Positions 38,903 through 50,081 of a stretch of 64,000 nt of DNA are shown here, piece after piece. The notes below the pieces were generated by a model. The model ran no database searches. It worked only from the letters and a program-made list of their open reading frames with translations, and was not told the origin of the DNA. Position 1 is the stretch's first letter. Every line of letters begins with the position of its first letter. This DNA is from an uncultured SAR86 cluster bacterium. GTDB lineage: Bacteria > Pseudomonadota > Gammaproteobacteria > Magnimaribacterales > D2472. The DNA lies in contig CABXPU010000003.1 of NCBI GenBank assembly GCA_902514105.1, positions 621 to 64,620 of the forward strand, given 5' to 3'. The position numbers and the translations under genes are program-made.

Positions 38903-41446
38903 CTATTCTTCTTTATCGTCTTCTTCGTCTGGAATGGTCACACATTCAATTAATTTTTCGCCTTCTTTTGGAGTAATAACTTTTACTCCCTGAGTATTTC
39001 TACTTAAGGTTGGTATTTGAGAAACTGAGGTTCTAATCATGGTACCTTTATCACTAATAAGCATTATCCCCGCCTCATCATCAACTAAAGCAGAAGAAAC
39101 CATTAGGCCATTTCTTTCACTTGTTTTCATGGAAATAACCCCTTGGCCGCCCCTATTGTGAGTCGGAAAATCATCAAGTTTGGTTTTTTTACCATAACCA
39201 TTTTCAGATACACATAAAATAGTTTTCGTTTCATCTGCAATCATAAGAGAGATAATCTTTTCATCTTTCTTTAATCTCATTCCTCGAACACCTCTTGCAG
39301 TCCTTCCCATGTGCCTAACATGACTTTCTTTAAAGCGAATCAATTTACCCGATGATGAAGCTAACAATATTTCTTGTTTTCCATCTGTAATAGCTGTGCC
39401 TATAAGGCGGTCATCTTCATCTAAATTAATAGCCTTAATACCAGATTTATATTTTTTGCTAAATAAACTTAAATTTGTTTTCTTGGTAGTTCCATTTTTA
39501 GTTGCCATGAATATAAACTGCTTATCAGAAAACTCGCTAACTGGAAGAATATCACTTACAGATTCATCATCATCCAAATTTAACATATTGACTAAAGGTC
39601 TTCCTTTTGAAGTCCTGCTGGCTACTGGTATTTCATATACTTTTAACCAAAAAACTTTACCTTTAGTGGTAAAACAAAGAATCTGGGTATGGCTACTTAA
39701 AACATATAGATTTTGAATCAAATCTTCTTCTTTAACTGACGCAGCAGCTTTGCCTTGACCGCCCCTCCTTTGCTCACGATATTCATCAAGTGGTTGTGTT
39801 TTTGCATAACCAGTTCTTGATATAGTAAGAACTCTGGTCTCTTCTGGGATTAGATCTTCATTAGTAATACCTCGTCTTGTATCATTAATCAATGTCCTTC
39901 GTTCATCCCCAAAGTTATTTTTAATCTCATTAAGCTCATCTATTAATAAAGCCTCTAGAGTAGATTTATCATCAAGTATTTTTTGAAGTTCAAGTATTTT
40001 AGAAACAATATCATTAAACTCTGAATTAAGATTATCCTGTTCTAATCCTGTAAGGCGTCCGAGGCGAAGCTCAAGAATTGCTTTGGCCTGATCTGGAGAT
40101 AATTTATATTTCTTGCCTTTTAGACCATATGCTGAATCTAGATTTGAAGGCTTACATGCATCTTTGCCAACTTTCTTTAAAATGGCCTCAACAGGTCCTG
40201 CCTTCCATTGCTTTTTAACTAAAGCTTCGGCTGCGATCTTTGGATCTTTTGATTTTTTGATAATTGTTATTACTTCATCTATATTAGCTATAGCAACCAT
40301 TAAGCCTTCTACTATATGACCTCTCTCTTTTGCTTTCTTAAGATCAAATTTTGTTCTTTTGGTAATAATATCCTTTCTATGTTTAATGAAAGCTTGGAGT
40401 ATTTCTTTTAAATTAACTTCTCTAGGCTGGCCATCTACAAGAACGGTTAAATTAATTCCAAAAGACTGCTCTAATTGGGTCTGAGAAAATAGATTATTTT
40501 CTAGGACATCTACAGAATCTCCCCTTCTTACATCAATAACAACTCTTAAGCCATCTTTATCTGATTCATCTCTAATCTCAGATATTCCTTCAATTTTTTT
40601 CTCTTTAACTAATTCGGCGATCTTTTCAAGCATTTTAGCTTTATTTACCATGTATGGAATTTCATTAATTATGAGAGACTGTTTTCCAGATTTATCTTCT
40701 TCAATCGAAGTATTCGATCTAACATGTATGATGCCTCTACCTGTTTTATATGCTTCATATATGCCCGCCTTGCCATCAATGGTTCCGCCGGTAGGAAAAT
40801 CAGGTCCTGAAATCTCTTTAATGAGCTCATCAATAGATGCTCTAGGGTTTTCTATTAATTTTAAACAACCATTTATAACCTCTGTAAGATTATGAGGTGG
40901 AATATTTGTAGCCATACCAACAGCTATCCCTGAGGAGCCATTAATTAGCAGATTAGGTATTTTTGTCGGCAGAACATCAGGAATAAATTCACTTCCATCA
41001 TAATTTGGAGAAAATGAAACAGTATCTTTTTCAAGGTCAGCTAGCATTTGATCTGTAATCTTAGCCATCCTTACTTCTGTATATCTCATAGCTGCAGGTC
41101 TGTCACCATCAATTGAACCAAAGTTGCCTTGACCCTCTACAGTCATATATCTCATTGAAAAATCTTGTGCCATCCTAACCATAGCCTCATAAACAGCACT
41201 GTCGCCGTGAGGATGGTATTTACCAATAACGTCTCCAACAACTCTGGCTGATTTCTTATAAGGTTTGTTGTATGTATTTTTTAGATCATGCATGGCAAAT
41301 AAAATGCGTCTATGCACTGGTTTTAAGCCATCGCGAATATCCGGCAATGCTCTCCCATGAATGACACTTAATGCATAGCTCAAATAAGATTGTTTTAACT
41401 CATCTTGGATATCTACATTGATTATTTCTTTAGCAAAATCTGACAT
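38903..41446 (-). CDS. gyrA: DNA gyrase subunit A
   Basis: [34 protein letters not shown], GyrA-box QRRGGQG. Confidence 0.98.
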   Translation of the reverse strand: MSDFAKEIINVDIQDELKQSYLSYALSVIHGRALPDIRDGLKPVHRRILFAMHDLKNTYNKPYKKSARVVGDVIGKYHPHGDSAVYEAMVRMAQDFSMRYMTVEGQGNFGSIDGDRPAAMRYTEVRMAKITDQMLADLEKDTVSFSPNYDGSEFIPDVLPTKIPNLLINGSSGIAVGMATNIPPHNLTEVINGCLKLIENPRASIDELIKEISGPDFPTGGTIDGKAGIYEAYKTGRGIIHVRSNTSIEEDKSGKQSLIINEIPYMVNKAKMLEKIAELVKEKKIEGISEIRDESDKDGLRVVIDVRRGDSVDVLENNLFSQTQLEQSFGINLTVLVDGQPREVNLKEILQAFIKHRKDIITKRTKFDLKKAKERGHIVEGLMVAIANIDEVITIIKKSKDPKIAAEALVKKQWKAGPVEAILKKVGKDACKPSNLDSAYGLKGKKYKLSPDQAKAILELRLGRLTGLEQDNLNSEFNDIVSKILELQKILDDKSTLEALLIDELNEIKNNFGDERRTLINDTRRGITNEDLIPEETRVLTISRTGYAKTQPLDEYREQRRGGQGKAAASVKEEDLIQNLYVLSSHTQILCFTTKGKVFWLKVYEIPVASRTSKGRPLVNMLNLDDDESVSDILPVSEFSDKQFIFMATKNGTTKKTNLSLFSKKYKSGIKAINLDEDDRLIGTAITDGKQEILLASSSGKLIRFKESHVRHMGRTARGVRGMRLKKDEKIISLMIADETKTILCVSENGYGKKTKLDDFPTHNRGGQGVISMKTSERNGLMVSSALVDDEAGIMLISDKGTMIRTSVSQIPTLSRNTQGVKVITPKEGEKLIECVTIPDEEDDKEE

Positions 41447-41608
41447 ATTTTATGATAAAAAACGATAAAGTTTTTGTGTGAAAATTACTCCTTAATTGGG
41501 TATATATTTTATCATAAAATAGCTGCCTATTAAGCGCTAAAATAGATAATAAAATAGCTAATTTAACTATGAGAAATAACTAAAATATGTTTGATTTTTT
41601 ATCGAAAA

Positions 41609-42379
41609 TTAAGGTTTGTAGTATTCCAGCCTCTCAATGTCATCTTCAACAACCTCTTTACCATATTGAATTTCTATAATGTGGCAATCTTCATCAAAAG
41701 GATTAGTAATTTGGTGCCATTCTCCCTGTAAAATAGAGTAACTATCAAATTTCTTTAATGTTATATTTTTTCTTTTTTCTGGGTTTTCTTTGCTGTAATT
41801 AACAACACATGATCCTTGGCTAACTAGCCATATTTCATTTCTATTAAGATGTTTCTGAAAACTCATTCCTTGCTTAGGGTTGATAATTAATTCCTTAACT
41901 TTTACATGATCTTTTTCAAATAAATTATAGAAAGATCCCCATAACCTTTCTTCAAAATAATATTGCCAATTTTTTAGAATCCAAGATGATGAATTCTTCT
42001 TGTCATCCCCTCCAACACCAAAGAGGAATTTAATACCTGAAACATCCATTTCAGGTATATTTTTTTTTGTTCTATCGCCCCCGTTTGCAAAATAGATATC
42101 TGCATCTGGATACAATGTTTTAACTTTCTCTAAAGCATTAATACAACTTCCTAGATCATCATCCTCAAAACTAATTACTTCATCCACATGATAAATACTT
42201 TCTAAAATTATTTTTCTTTCCTTAAATGGCATAAAGTATTTACCTTTTTTATTTTCCAGCCATTCATCGCTATTTAAGGCAACGATTAATTTATCACCAA
42301 GATCTTTAGCAGCTTTAAAATAAGCTATATGTCCTGAATGGATAGGATCAAATCCACCACTAACAACTATTAATTTCAT
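41609..42379 (-). CDS. HxGH cytidylyltransferase-like domain fused to a mannose-6-phosphate-isomerase-type cupin
   Basis: SGGFDPIHSGH, LNSDEWL, NGGDR, SSSWIL, then WGSF...KVKEL...SFQKH..RNEIW...H...EIQYG...EDDIER. Confidence 0.8.
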   Translation of the reverse strand: MKLIVVSGGFDPIHSGHIAYFKAAKDLGDKLIVALNSDEWLENKKGKYFMPFKERKIILESIYHVDEVISFEDDDLGSCINALEKVKTLYPDADIYFANGGDRTKKNIPEMDVSGIKFLFGVGGDDKKNSSSWILKNWQYYFEERLWGSFYNLFEKDHVKVKELIINPKQGMSFQKHLNRNEIWLVSQGSCVVNYSKENPEKRKNITLKKFDSYSILQGEWHQITNPFDEDCHIIEIQYGKEVVEDDIERLEYYKP

Positions 42380-42413
42380 ATATATATTTTAAGTTAGATA
42401 GAAAAATTTTGTA

Positions 42414-43793
42414 TTAATCTTTAAATTCGGACACCAGGCCGCTAATAGATTCTTTTGCATCACCAAAAAGCATTCTAGTGTTAGTTTTAAAAAATAGTGG
42501 GTTTTGGACCCCGGCAAAACCTGAAGACATAGATCTTTTTAAAACAAAAACTGTCTTTGCATTATGCGCTTCTATGATGGGCATTCCATAAATTGGGCTT
42601 CCTGGCTCCTCTGTTGCAGACGGATTAACAACATCATTTGCACCAATCACCAAAGCAACATCAACAGCATCCATACTTGGGTTGACATCTTCTGGTTCAG
42701 CAAGGATATCGTAAGAAACATTTGCTTCGGCTAACAATACATTCATATGACCTGGCATTCTTCCTGCTACGGGATGGATGCCATATTTAACATCAGTGCC
42801 ATTTTCTTCTAAAAGCTCTCCTAATTCCCTCACTGAATGTTGAGCTTGAGCAACAGCCATCCCATACCCTGGAACGATTAGAACTGAGCTAGCATTTTCA
42901 AGAATAAGGTATGCATCAGATACTGATATAGGATTGACCTCGCCTTGCTCTTCAATATTAGATTTAGATTTTGAACTGGCATACCCAACAAACAAAATAT
43001 TATTAATAGATCGATTCATTGCTTTGGCCATAATAATTGTTAGTATCAAGCCGCTAGCCCCTACCAATGAGCCAGCCACAATCAATACATTATTCAATAA
43101 AATAAGTCCTGCAAAAGCTGCAGCTATTCCAGAAAAAGAATTAAGTAAAGATATAACTACTGGCATGTCTCCTCCGCCTATAGGAAGAACAAATCCAATA
43201 CCTCCAAGAAGAACTAGAACCAATAAAACTATAAAGAATTCGAATGAAGGAGCCAAGAATGGGGTTATAAAAATAGAATATAAAAGAAATGATATTGATA
43301 TATAAAAAATAGTTGTAAATATTTTTGTAATAATGGATGTTTTAGCAATTTTTAGTCTTTCTGAGAGCTTTCCATATGCAACTATACTTCCTGTAAAGGT
43401 AATGCCTCCAATCGCCAAAGTAATCATGATTAAAGATGATTGAAATATACTTTCAGGTTGGTTGTTGAACTCAGACCATGCAATCAAAAAGGTTGCTAAA
43501 CCCCCAAAACCATTAAATAAAGCAACCATTTCTGGAATTGAAGTCATTTTAACTTTTAAAGCAATTAAAGAGCCAACAATTGCGCCCATTAATACTCCGG
43601 CAAACAAAATTAATGGATTGATAATCCCAATACAGGTAACACCAACTGCTACAAGCATAGCAATTGCTGATAATAAATTACCCTTAACTGCAGTTGATTC
43701 TTTGCCTAGCATTTTTATACCGCTTATAAATAAGATAGATGAAAAAATATATGTAATATTTTGAAGAGCTGATATATCGATTGAAAAAATCAT
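42414..43793 (-). CDS. pntB: NAD(P) transhydrogenase beta subunit
   Basis: GGGDMPVVISLLNS, PGYGMAVAQAQ, HPVAGRMPGHMNVLLAEA, GANDVVNP. Confidence 0.97.
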   Translation of the reverse strand: MIFSIDISALQNITYIFSSILFISGIKMLGKESTAVKGNLLSAIAMLVAVGVTCIGIINPLILFAGVLMGAIVGSLIALKVKMTSIPEMVALFNGFGGLATFLIAWSEFNNQPESIFQSSLIMITLAIGGITFTGSIVAYGKLSERLKIAKTSIITKIFTTIFYISISFLLYSIFITPFLAPSFEFFIVLLVLVLLGGIGFVLPIGGGDMPVVISLLNSFSGIAAAFAGLILLNNVLIVAGSLVGASGLILTIIMAKAMNRSINNILFVGYASSKSKSNIEEQGEVNPISVSDAYLILENASSVLIVPGYGMAVAQAQHSVRELGELLEENGTDVKYGIHPVAGRMPGHMNVLLAEANVSYDILAEPEDVNPSMDAVDVALVIGANDVVNPSATEEPGSPIYGMPIIEAHNAKTVFVLKRSMSSGFAGVQNPLFFKTNTRMLFGDAKESISGLVSEFKD

Positions 43794-43795
43794 AA

Positions 43796-44068
43796 TTATT
43801 TCTTCTTAAACATTTTTAACATTCTATTAGTAACTAAATAGCCGCCAAATACATTTATTGATGCAAAAAATACAGCAAGAAATGCCAATATGGTTTGAAG
43901 TTCAGTATCTTGCGATAAAACCAGCGCTCCAACTAGAGCAATGCCTGAGATTGCATTTGCTCCTGACATCAAGGGTGTATGAAGAGTGCTAGGAACTTTT
44001 GAGATTAGCTCTAAGCCAAGATATATAGATAAAATTAAAACAAAACCTAAGAGAATATAAATTTCCAT
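43796..44068 (-). CDS. pntA: NAD(P) transhydrogenase alpha subunit, part 2 (membrane)
   Basis: VPSTLHTPLMSGANAISG, NVFGGYLVTNRMLKMF. Confidence 0.94.
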   Translation of the reverse strand: MEIYILLGFVLILSIYLGLELISKVPSTLHTPLMSGANAISGIALVGALVLSQDTELQTILAFLAVFFASINVFGGYLVTNRMLKMFKKK

Positions 44069-45186
44069 TATTGAAACCTCTCATTCATTATTTTGCCTTC
44101 ATAAACTAATACACTACTTTTAATAATCTCATCTTCAAAATCAAAATTTATCTGATTCTTTTCTTTGTCATAAAAATCACATACCCAGTGATTAAAATTA
44201 TTAGACAGCGCTAAAGAAGCGTGAGAAGAAACTTTTGAGGCTAAATTTGAAATACCTATTATCTTTACACCATTTCTTAGAACTACTTCATCAACAATAG
44301 ATCCTTCTACATTGCCCCCAGATTCAACAGCCATATCAAAAATCACACTTCCTGATTTCATCTTATCAATAGTTTTATTATCAATAATTTTAGGAGCAGG
44401 ACGACCAAATAACTGAGCAGTAGTTATAACTATGTCTGACCTTTCACAAACTAATGATTGAAGCTCTTTTTGTTTTTCAATTTGTTCTGGGGTTAATTCT
44501 TTTGCATAGCCTTGGTCAGTTTCACCTGTTTCTCCTAAATCAATCTTTACAAATTTAGCGCCAAGAGATTTAACTTGTTCTTCTACAACATCTCTTGTAT
44601 CAAAAGCTTCTACTCTTGCCCCCAATCTTTTTGCTGTTGCTATTGCTTGCAATCCTGCAACACCAACGCCTATAACAAATACTTTGGCAGGCTTTAATGT
44701 TCCAGCTGCTGTCATCATCATAGGAAGAGCATTAGATAGATGATTAGCAGATTCTATGACAGCTGCATATCCAGCTAAATTTGCTTGGGAGCTTAAAACA
44801 TCCATCTTTTGAGCTCTAGTAATTCTTGGAATAAATTCCATGCTGACAAGATTAATATTCTTTTTAGCACAATGATTTAATAGAGCTTGATTATAAAAAG
44901 GATTCATCATCCCCAAGATAGTTGATCCTGATTTCATGGAATCAATTTCTTCTTCTTTTGGAGGTTGCAGAGAAATGACTAAATCAGATTTTATAAAACA
45001 TGTTTCTCTTGAAAATTTTTGTATACCCATATCAGAAAATTCATCATCAGAGGTATGAATCCCAGAACCTATTTCAGTCTCAAATAAAATTTCAGCACCC
45101 AAAGAGGTTAGTGAAGCAATCGTATCGATATGTATAGGAGATCTTGAATCTCTTGAGTCATTTGACTTTAAAGCAGATATAATCAC
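44068..45186 (-). CDS. pntA: NAD(P) transhydrogenase alpha subunit, part 1
   Basis: PRITRAQKMDVLSSQANLAGY, GVGVAGLQAIATA, GYAKE, DMAVESGGN. Confidence 0.95.
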   Translation of the reverse strand: MIISALKSNDSRDSRSPIHIDTIASLTSLGAEILFETEIGSGIHTSDDEFSDMGIQKFSRETCFIKSDLVISLQPPKEEEIDSMKSGSTILGMMNPFYNQALLNHCAKKNINLVSMEFIPRITRAQKMDVLSSQANLAGYAAVIESANHLSNALPMMMTAAGTLKPAKVFVIGVGVAGLQAIATAKRLGARVEAFDTRDVVEEQVKSLGAKFVKIDLGETGETDQGYAKELTPEQIEKQKELQSLVCERSDIVITTAQLFGRPAPKIIDNKTIDKMKSGSVIFDMAVESGGNVEGSIVDEVVLRNGVKIIGISNLASKVSSHASLALSNNFNHWVCDFYDKEKNQINFDFEDEIIKSSVLVYEGKIMNERFQ

Positions 45187-45291
45187 GTATTAGTTTTTAT
45201 TTTAAGTTTGTAGTGAAGTAAATCGTAATAGAAATTAAAAGTCAATTGATTTTTTTTTCGTTATAAAACTAATGTTTTTTTATATATAAAC

Positions 45292-45306
45292 TGTAGTTTT
45301 ACTACA
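45292..45306. promoter_or_regulatory. Perfect palindrome TGTAGT-TTT-ACTACA, HexR-box-like
   Basis: Perfect 6-3-6 inverted repeat in the divergent pntA/ubiG gap; same architecture as the HexR TGTA(A/G)T-N3-A(T/C)TACA motif. Confidence 0.55.
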
Positions 45307-45340
45307 AAATTTATAGATTTAATATTTATTAAAAAATTAT

Positions 45341-46045
45341 ATGAACACAAATATAGATACTTCAGAAGTAGAAAAGTTCGCTGAGCTTGCTAAAAAGTGG
45401 TGGGACCCGAAAGGAGAATTTAAGCCACTTCATATCATCAACCCTTTAAGAGCTAAATATATTGCTGAAAGAGTAAATCTAAATAATAAAGATGTTCTAG
45501 ATGTGGGTTGTGGTGGTGGCCTTTTATGTGAAGCTTTAACTTCTCATAATTGTAATATATCTGGTATTGATGCCGCTGGTCCCGGAATAGAAGTGGCAAA
45601 ACAGCATGCAAAAGAAAATAATAAAAAAATATCTTATGCGGATACTACTGCTGAAGAATTAGTTAAGACTGAATCAGGAAAATATGATGTGGTAACTTGT
45701 CTAGAAGTAATAGAGCATGTTCCAAATCCTCAATCTTTAGTATCAGCTTGCTCAGAATTGTTAAAACCTGGTGGCAGCTTATTCTTATCTACTATTAATA
45801 GAAACCCTAGAGCTTGGGTAACAGCTATTGTTGGTGCAGAATATATATTTAATATTCTACCCAAAGGAACTCATGAATTTGCTAAATTTATAAAACCTTC
45901 TGAGCTTGCTAAATATATGAGAAATGCTGAAATTATTTTAAAAGAAACTAAAGGGATGTTTTATAACCCAATTACACACACTGCATCTCTTAATAATGAT
46001 CTTGGAGTTAACTACTTAATGTATGGAAAAAAACCTACCAATTAA
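45341..46045 (+). CDS. ubiG: Ubiquinone biosynthesis O-methyltransferase
   Basis: WWDPKGEFKPLH..NPLR, LDVGCGGG, EVIEHVP, GAEY...LPKGTH. Confidence 0.96.
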   Translation: MNTNIDTSEVEKFAELAKKWWDPKGEFKPLHIINPLRAKYIAERVNLNNKDVLDVGCGGGLLCEALTSHNCNISGIDAAGPGIEVAKQHAKENNKKISYADTTAEELVKTESGKYDVVTCLEVIEHVPNPQSLVSACSELLKPGGSLFLSTINRNPRAWVTAIVGAEYIFNILPKGTHEFAKFIKPSELAKYMRNAEIILKETKGMFYNPITHTASLNNDLGVNYLMYGKKPTN

Positions 46046-46691
46046 AGGAATCCTTTTTGATCTTGATGGCACTCTAATTGATACAGCGCCTGATTTTATA
46101 TTATCTTTAAATAATCTCTTATCAAAACATGAAAAGCCTCATATAGATTCATCAGTTATTAGATCTAATGTTTCTGATGGCTCGGGAAAAATGATAAAAA
46201 TAGGATTTGGTATAGATGAAAAAAATGATCAATTTGAAAGTCTCAAGAAAGAATTTTTAATAGAATATAAAAAAAACCTTCTTAAAAATTCTTTCTTATT
46301 TGATGGTATTGCAACTTTAATAGATTTCTTAAATTTAAAGCATATAGATTTTGGAATAGTTACAAATAAGCCACGTGAATATGCTGAACCTCTAATTAAA
46401 AATATTCCAGAACTGAATCAATTAAAAGTTTTAGTATGTTCTGATGATCTTTCTCAATCAAAACCAAATCCAGAAGGAATAATAGAAAGCCTAAAGCAGA
46501 TGGGCATCAGTAGCTCTGAATGCATATATGTTGGTGATCACATAAATGATCTAAAGGCTGGTATAAATGCAGGAACAAAAATTATTGCCTGTTATTATGG
46601 ATATTCATTATCCAATAGGAATAATCCATATAATTGTGACTCAGTTGATGATGCTAAAGAATTAAGGGATCTTATAAATAAATATGTCTGA
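46023..46691 (+). CDS. HAD phosphatase (phosphoglycolate phosphatase/MupP-like)
   Basis: FDLDGTLIDT, VTNKP, KPNP, YVGD; ubiG-HAD-yciK order. Confidence 0.88.
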   Translation: MEKNLPIKGILFDLDGTLIDTAPDFILSLNNLLSKHEKPHIDSSVIRSNVSDGSGKMIKIGFGIDEKNDQFESLKKEFLIEYKKNLLKNSFLFDGIATLIDFLNLKHIDFGIVTNKPREYAEPLIKNIPELNQLKVLVCSDDLSQSKPNPEGIIESLKQMGISSSECIYVGDHINDLKAGINAGTKIIACYYGYSLSNRNNPYNCDSVDDAKELRDLINKYV

Positions 46692-47406
46692 GATTAAAGA
46701 TAAGATTATATTAATAACCGGAGCAAATCGCGGGATTGGAAAATCCTTATCATTAGGTTTTAGTAAATTGGGTGCTAATGTTATTTTATTAGGAAAAGAT
46801 GAAGACTCTCTTAATGGAATCTATGATGAAATTATTAAAACATCTTCTACCAAACCTTTAATTATTCAATGTGATCTAAAGGAATTAGATGCAGCAGGCT
46901 CTAATCAAATTAAAGAAGAAATTTTAGCTGCATACGGAAAACTTGATGGAGTAATTCATAATGCAGCAATACTTGGCAAAATGTCCTCCATTGAAGACTA
47001 TGAAGAAAGACTCTGGAAAGAAGTTTTTGATGTCAATGTAAATAGTGCTTTTCTTATCTCAAAAGAAGTATTACCAATCTTAAAAAATTCACCTATGGGT
47101 AGAATTATTTTTACTTCATCGGGTGTTGCTGAAACAGGAAAAGCATATTGGGGAGCATATTCCGCTTCAAAATTTGCTGTTAAAGGTTTAGCTGAAATAT
47201 TAAGAGATGAATTGGATTCAACTTCTAACATTAAGGTGTTTAATTATGATCCGGGTAAGACTAAGACATCAATGAGAGCTTTAGCTTATCCAGGAGAAAA
47301 TCCTAATCAACTTAAAAGTCCTGAAGAGTTGATTGAGGATTACTTATGGTTCTTTAGCGAAGAAAGTCAATTGTCTGCAAAGCATTACTTTAAGTTTGAT
47401 AACTAA
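46684..47406 (+). CDS. YciK-like short-chain dehydrogenase
   Basis: TGANRGIG, HNAAILG, YWGAYSASK, PGKTKTSMRALAYPGE. Confidence 0.88.
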   Translation: MSEIKDKIILITGANRGIGKSLSLGFSKLGANVILLGKDEDSLNGIYDEIIKTSSTKPLIIQCDLKELDAAGSNQIKEEILAAYGKLDGVIHNAAILGKMSSIEDYEERLWKEVFDVNVNSAFLISKEVLPILKNSPMGRIIFTSSGVAETGKAYWGAYSASKFAVKGLAEILRDELDSTSNIKVFNYDPGKTKTSMRALAYPGENPNQLKSPEELIEDYLWFFSEESQLSAKHYFKFDN

Positions 47407-47999
47407 TTAGAATCTAAACCCCTCCATAAGCACAATGATAAAAAGGTTCTATATGGTGTATAAATCATCTCTATCTCCTTATGGCTTATTTTTGGTAGAA
47501 AAATATTAATAGACTTATTTATGCCAAGATCTCCCTCTAGCCAAACGTCCTCATCATTAATATAAAACATACGAACAATCCCTATGGTCCATGGGCCTAT
47601 GCCTTTAATTTGAATAAGTAAATCTGATAAATCTGAGGGTGAATATTTTTGTAATGATTGAGGAGTTTCTTTTCTTAAGCTTTTATTTCTAATAATTCCT
47701 AAGATATATCCTGCTTTTGTTTTTGAGACGCCAGCGCTCCTTAAATCCTTAATCGAAACATTATCTTCCTTAGTTTCTAAAATATTTTCTAATTTATTCC
47801 AAATTGTTTTTGCGGCGCTTGTTGAGACTTGTTGGCTTACAATAGTTTTTATTAGAAATAAATAAAATACCTGCTTATTATCTTTTCTATTAAGAGAAGT
47901 TGTATCTATTGATTTTAATAGTTTATTAAGTGCTATGTGCTGATTTGCTTTAGATTGTTTTAGTAAAAAACTATGAGCGGCCTTAGACCTATTTTCCAT
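47403..47999 (-). CDS. DNA-3-methyladenine glycosylase (AlkA/HhH-GPD family)
   Basis: IVSQQVSTSAAKTI, LRSAGVS, IKGIGPWT, DLGI, PYRT...LW. Confidence 0.85.
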   Translation of the reverse strand: MENRSKAAHSFLLKQSKANQHIALNKLLKSIDTTSLNRKDNKQVFYLFLIKTIVSQQVSTSAAKTIWNKLENILETKEDNVSIKDLRSAGVSKTKAGYILGIIRNKSLRKETPQSLQKYSPSDLSDLLIQIKGIGPWTIGIVRMFYINDEDVWLEGDLGINKSINIFLPKISHKEIEMIYTPYRTFLSLCLWRGLDSN

Positions 48000-48720
48000 A
48001 TTCTTTCAATTTATTAATTTCATTGTCAGTTAACTCTCTGCATTTCCCTTCCTTTAAATCTGATGGAAGAAATATTGGTCCGTACCTTACTCTTTTGAGT
48101 CTGCTAACTGTCATTCCGACTGCTTCAAATACTTTTCTAACTTCTTTATTTTTTCCAGAAGTTAAACAGACTGAAAACCATTGGTTTGCTCCTCTTTTTT
48201 CTCCTTCAACAATATCTGTAAATTTATGATTTTGGCCATCAATCTCAACCCCTTGTCTCATAATCTTTTCTTTTTCTATATCAAAAGATCCTATCGCTCT
48301 TACCAAATATTCTCGATCGATTAAATTTGATGGATGCATACAATAATTAGCAAAAACACCATTATTAGTAAACAACATTAATCCTGATGTATTAATGTCC
48401 AATCTGCCTATTGATATCCAATTCCTTTGATTTGAAGATTTAGGAAGAAAATCAAATACTATAGGTATACTTTTTTCTTTTGCATTTGAAGATAAGACTC
48501 CTGGGGGTTTGTTTAAAATGATTACTTTTAAATGAACCTCTTTAGATCTAATGATCTTGTTTTGATATTCAACTCTATCTTCTGATGTAACTGATATTCC
48601 TATAAGAGCAACTTTGCCGTTAACTTTAACTAAACCTTTTTGGATAATTTCTTCACAGCCTCTTCTAGAACCAATTCCCGCTTCTGCAAGGAACTTTTGC
48701 AATCTAACTGAATTTTTCAA
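47989..48720 (-). CDS. rluB: rRNA pseudouridine synthase (RluB family)
   Basis: S4 domain RLQKFLAEAGIGSRR, GRLDINTSGL, VSRLKRVRYG; follows scpB. Confidence 0.88.
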   Translation of the reverse strand: MKNSVRLQKFLAEAGIGSRRGCEEIIQKGLVKVNGKVALIGISVTSEDRVEYQNKIIRSKEVHLKVIILNKPPGVLSSNAKEKSIPIVFDFLPKSSNQRNWISIGRLDINTSGLMLFTNNGVFANYCMHPSNLIDREYLVRAIGSFDIEKEKIMRQGVEIDGQNHKFTDIVEGEKRGANQWFSVCLTSGKNKEVRKVFEAVGMTVSRLKRVRYGPIFLPSDLKEGKCRELTDNEINKLKEYGK

Positions 48721-48724
48721 TTAT

Positions 48725-49282
48725 TTATATTGCTTGAAGCTTAAATTCTTCATCAATTTCTTCAGTTTCAGGAAGGTCAGGAAGTTCATTGATTTTCTTT
48801 AGATTAAAATCATTTAAAAAATTTGGAGTTGTTGAATAAAGAGCCGGTCTTCCAGGGACATCTCTATAACCAGAAACTTTTACCCAATCTCTTTCTAATA
48901 AATTCCTTACAGTTTGAGTGCTAACATTAACCCCTCTTATTTCTTCTATGTCGCCCCTGGTAACAGGTTGTTTGTAGGCAATTATAGAAATTGTTTCCAT
49001 AAGAGATTTAGAAATCTTTTGTGATTTGTCATTCCATAATGATGAAAGGCAGTTACTAAACTCTTGTTTCACTTGAAGCCTATAACCTGATGCAACTTCT
49101 TTGAGTTCAATGGAGGAGCTTTGATACCTTTCCTCTAAAGAATTTAAAGCTATTTTTATTGAAGATAATTCTAACTCTCCTAAATCTATTTCTAGCAAAC
49201 CTTTTATTTCAGAAAGTCTAAGCGGCCTTCCGGCACCAAAAAGCAGAGCTTCTATAGAATTTATTATTTTGTTATTCATCAA
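48725..49282 (-). CDS. scpB: SMC-Scp complex subunit ScpB
   Basis: IEALLF, IAYKQPVTRGDIEEIRGV, PGRPALYSTT..FL..F. Confidence 0.95.
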   Translation of the reverse strand: MMNNKIINSIEALLFGAGRPLRLSEIKGLLEIDLGELELSSIKIALNSLEERYQSSSIELKEVASGYRLQVKQEFSNCLSSLWNDKSQKISKSLMETISIIAYKQPVTRGDIEEIRGVNVSTQTVRNLLERDWVKVSGYRDVPGRPALYSTTPNFLNDFNLKKINELPDLPETEEIDEEFKLQAI

Positions 49283-50076
49283 TTAAAGCTCCTATTATTT
49301 GATTTAATGTAAATCTCATTATCTTCACTTTGTATTAATTCAATAAGGCCATCTTTTGCTAGCTCTAAAGATGCTAATAAAGAAACAGCAACACCCTGTT
49401 TTCCTTCTTTTTTTTGAAGAGTTTTATAAAAACCTACGATATTCCTTTTTGTTAGAATTTTTAAAATAAAATCAATCTTATCTTGGGTAGAAAGCTCTTC
49501 AAAAGCAACTTGATGGCTTGATTTAAGATCTGGTCGCTCCAAAATCTCTTGAAAGATATCTCTTAGATCATTTGGATTAAGGTTTAAAGATTCTGTTTTC
49601 TCTTCAAACTTAGGCAGTCCTGCTGAGGCAATATAATAATCTCTATCTACTCTAGGTAAAATTGCCATATTTTCAGATGCAATTTTAAATCTTTGATACT
49701 CCTGCAATCTTCTTATCAATTCACCCCTTGGATCTAATTCATCTTCTTCAGATTGAGGCTTTGGAAGAAGCATCCTAGATTTTATTTCAGCCAATGTGGC
49801 TGCCATAACCAAATATTCTCCAGCTAATTCAAATTTTAACGCATCCATTAGTTCAATATATTCAATATATTGATTTGTTATATCCGCAACATTTAGATCA
49901 AGAATATTAATGTTCTCTTTTTTAATAAGATATAACAATAAATCCATGGGCCCTGAAAAAGTCTCAAGACATAGTTCAAAAGCGTTTGGTGGGATAAAAA
50001 GGTCGTCGGGCAGTTTTTCTAACGGTTGTCCCATTACAAGCGGAATTTCTAATTGCGTTTGTTGTATGTTATCCAT
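49279..50076 (-). CDS. scpA: Segregation/condensation protein A
   Basis: FSGPMDLLLYLI, EYLVMAATLAEIKSRMLLP, LELAK. Start set at ATG 50076. Confidence 0.95.
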   Translation of the reverse strand: MDNIQQTQLEIPLVMGQPLEKLPDDLFIPPNAFELCLETFSGPMDLLLYLIKKENINILDLNVADITNQYIEYIELMDALKFELAGEYLVMAATLAEIKSRMLLPKPQSEEDELDPRGELIRRLQEYQRFKIASENMAILPRVDRDYYIASAGLPKFEEKTESLNLNPNDLRDIFQEILERPDLKSSHQVAFEELSTQDKIDFILKILTKRNIVGFYKTLQKKEGKQGVAVSLLASLELAKDGLIELIQSEDNEIYIKSNNRSFN

Positions 50077-50081
50077 GATAA

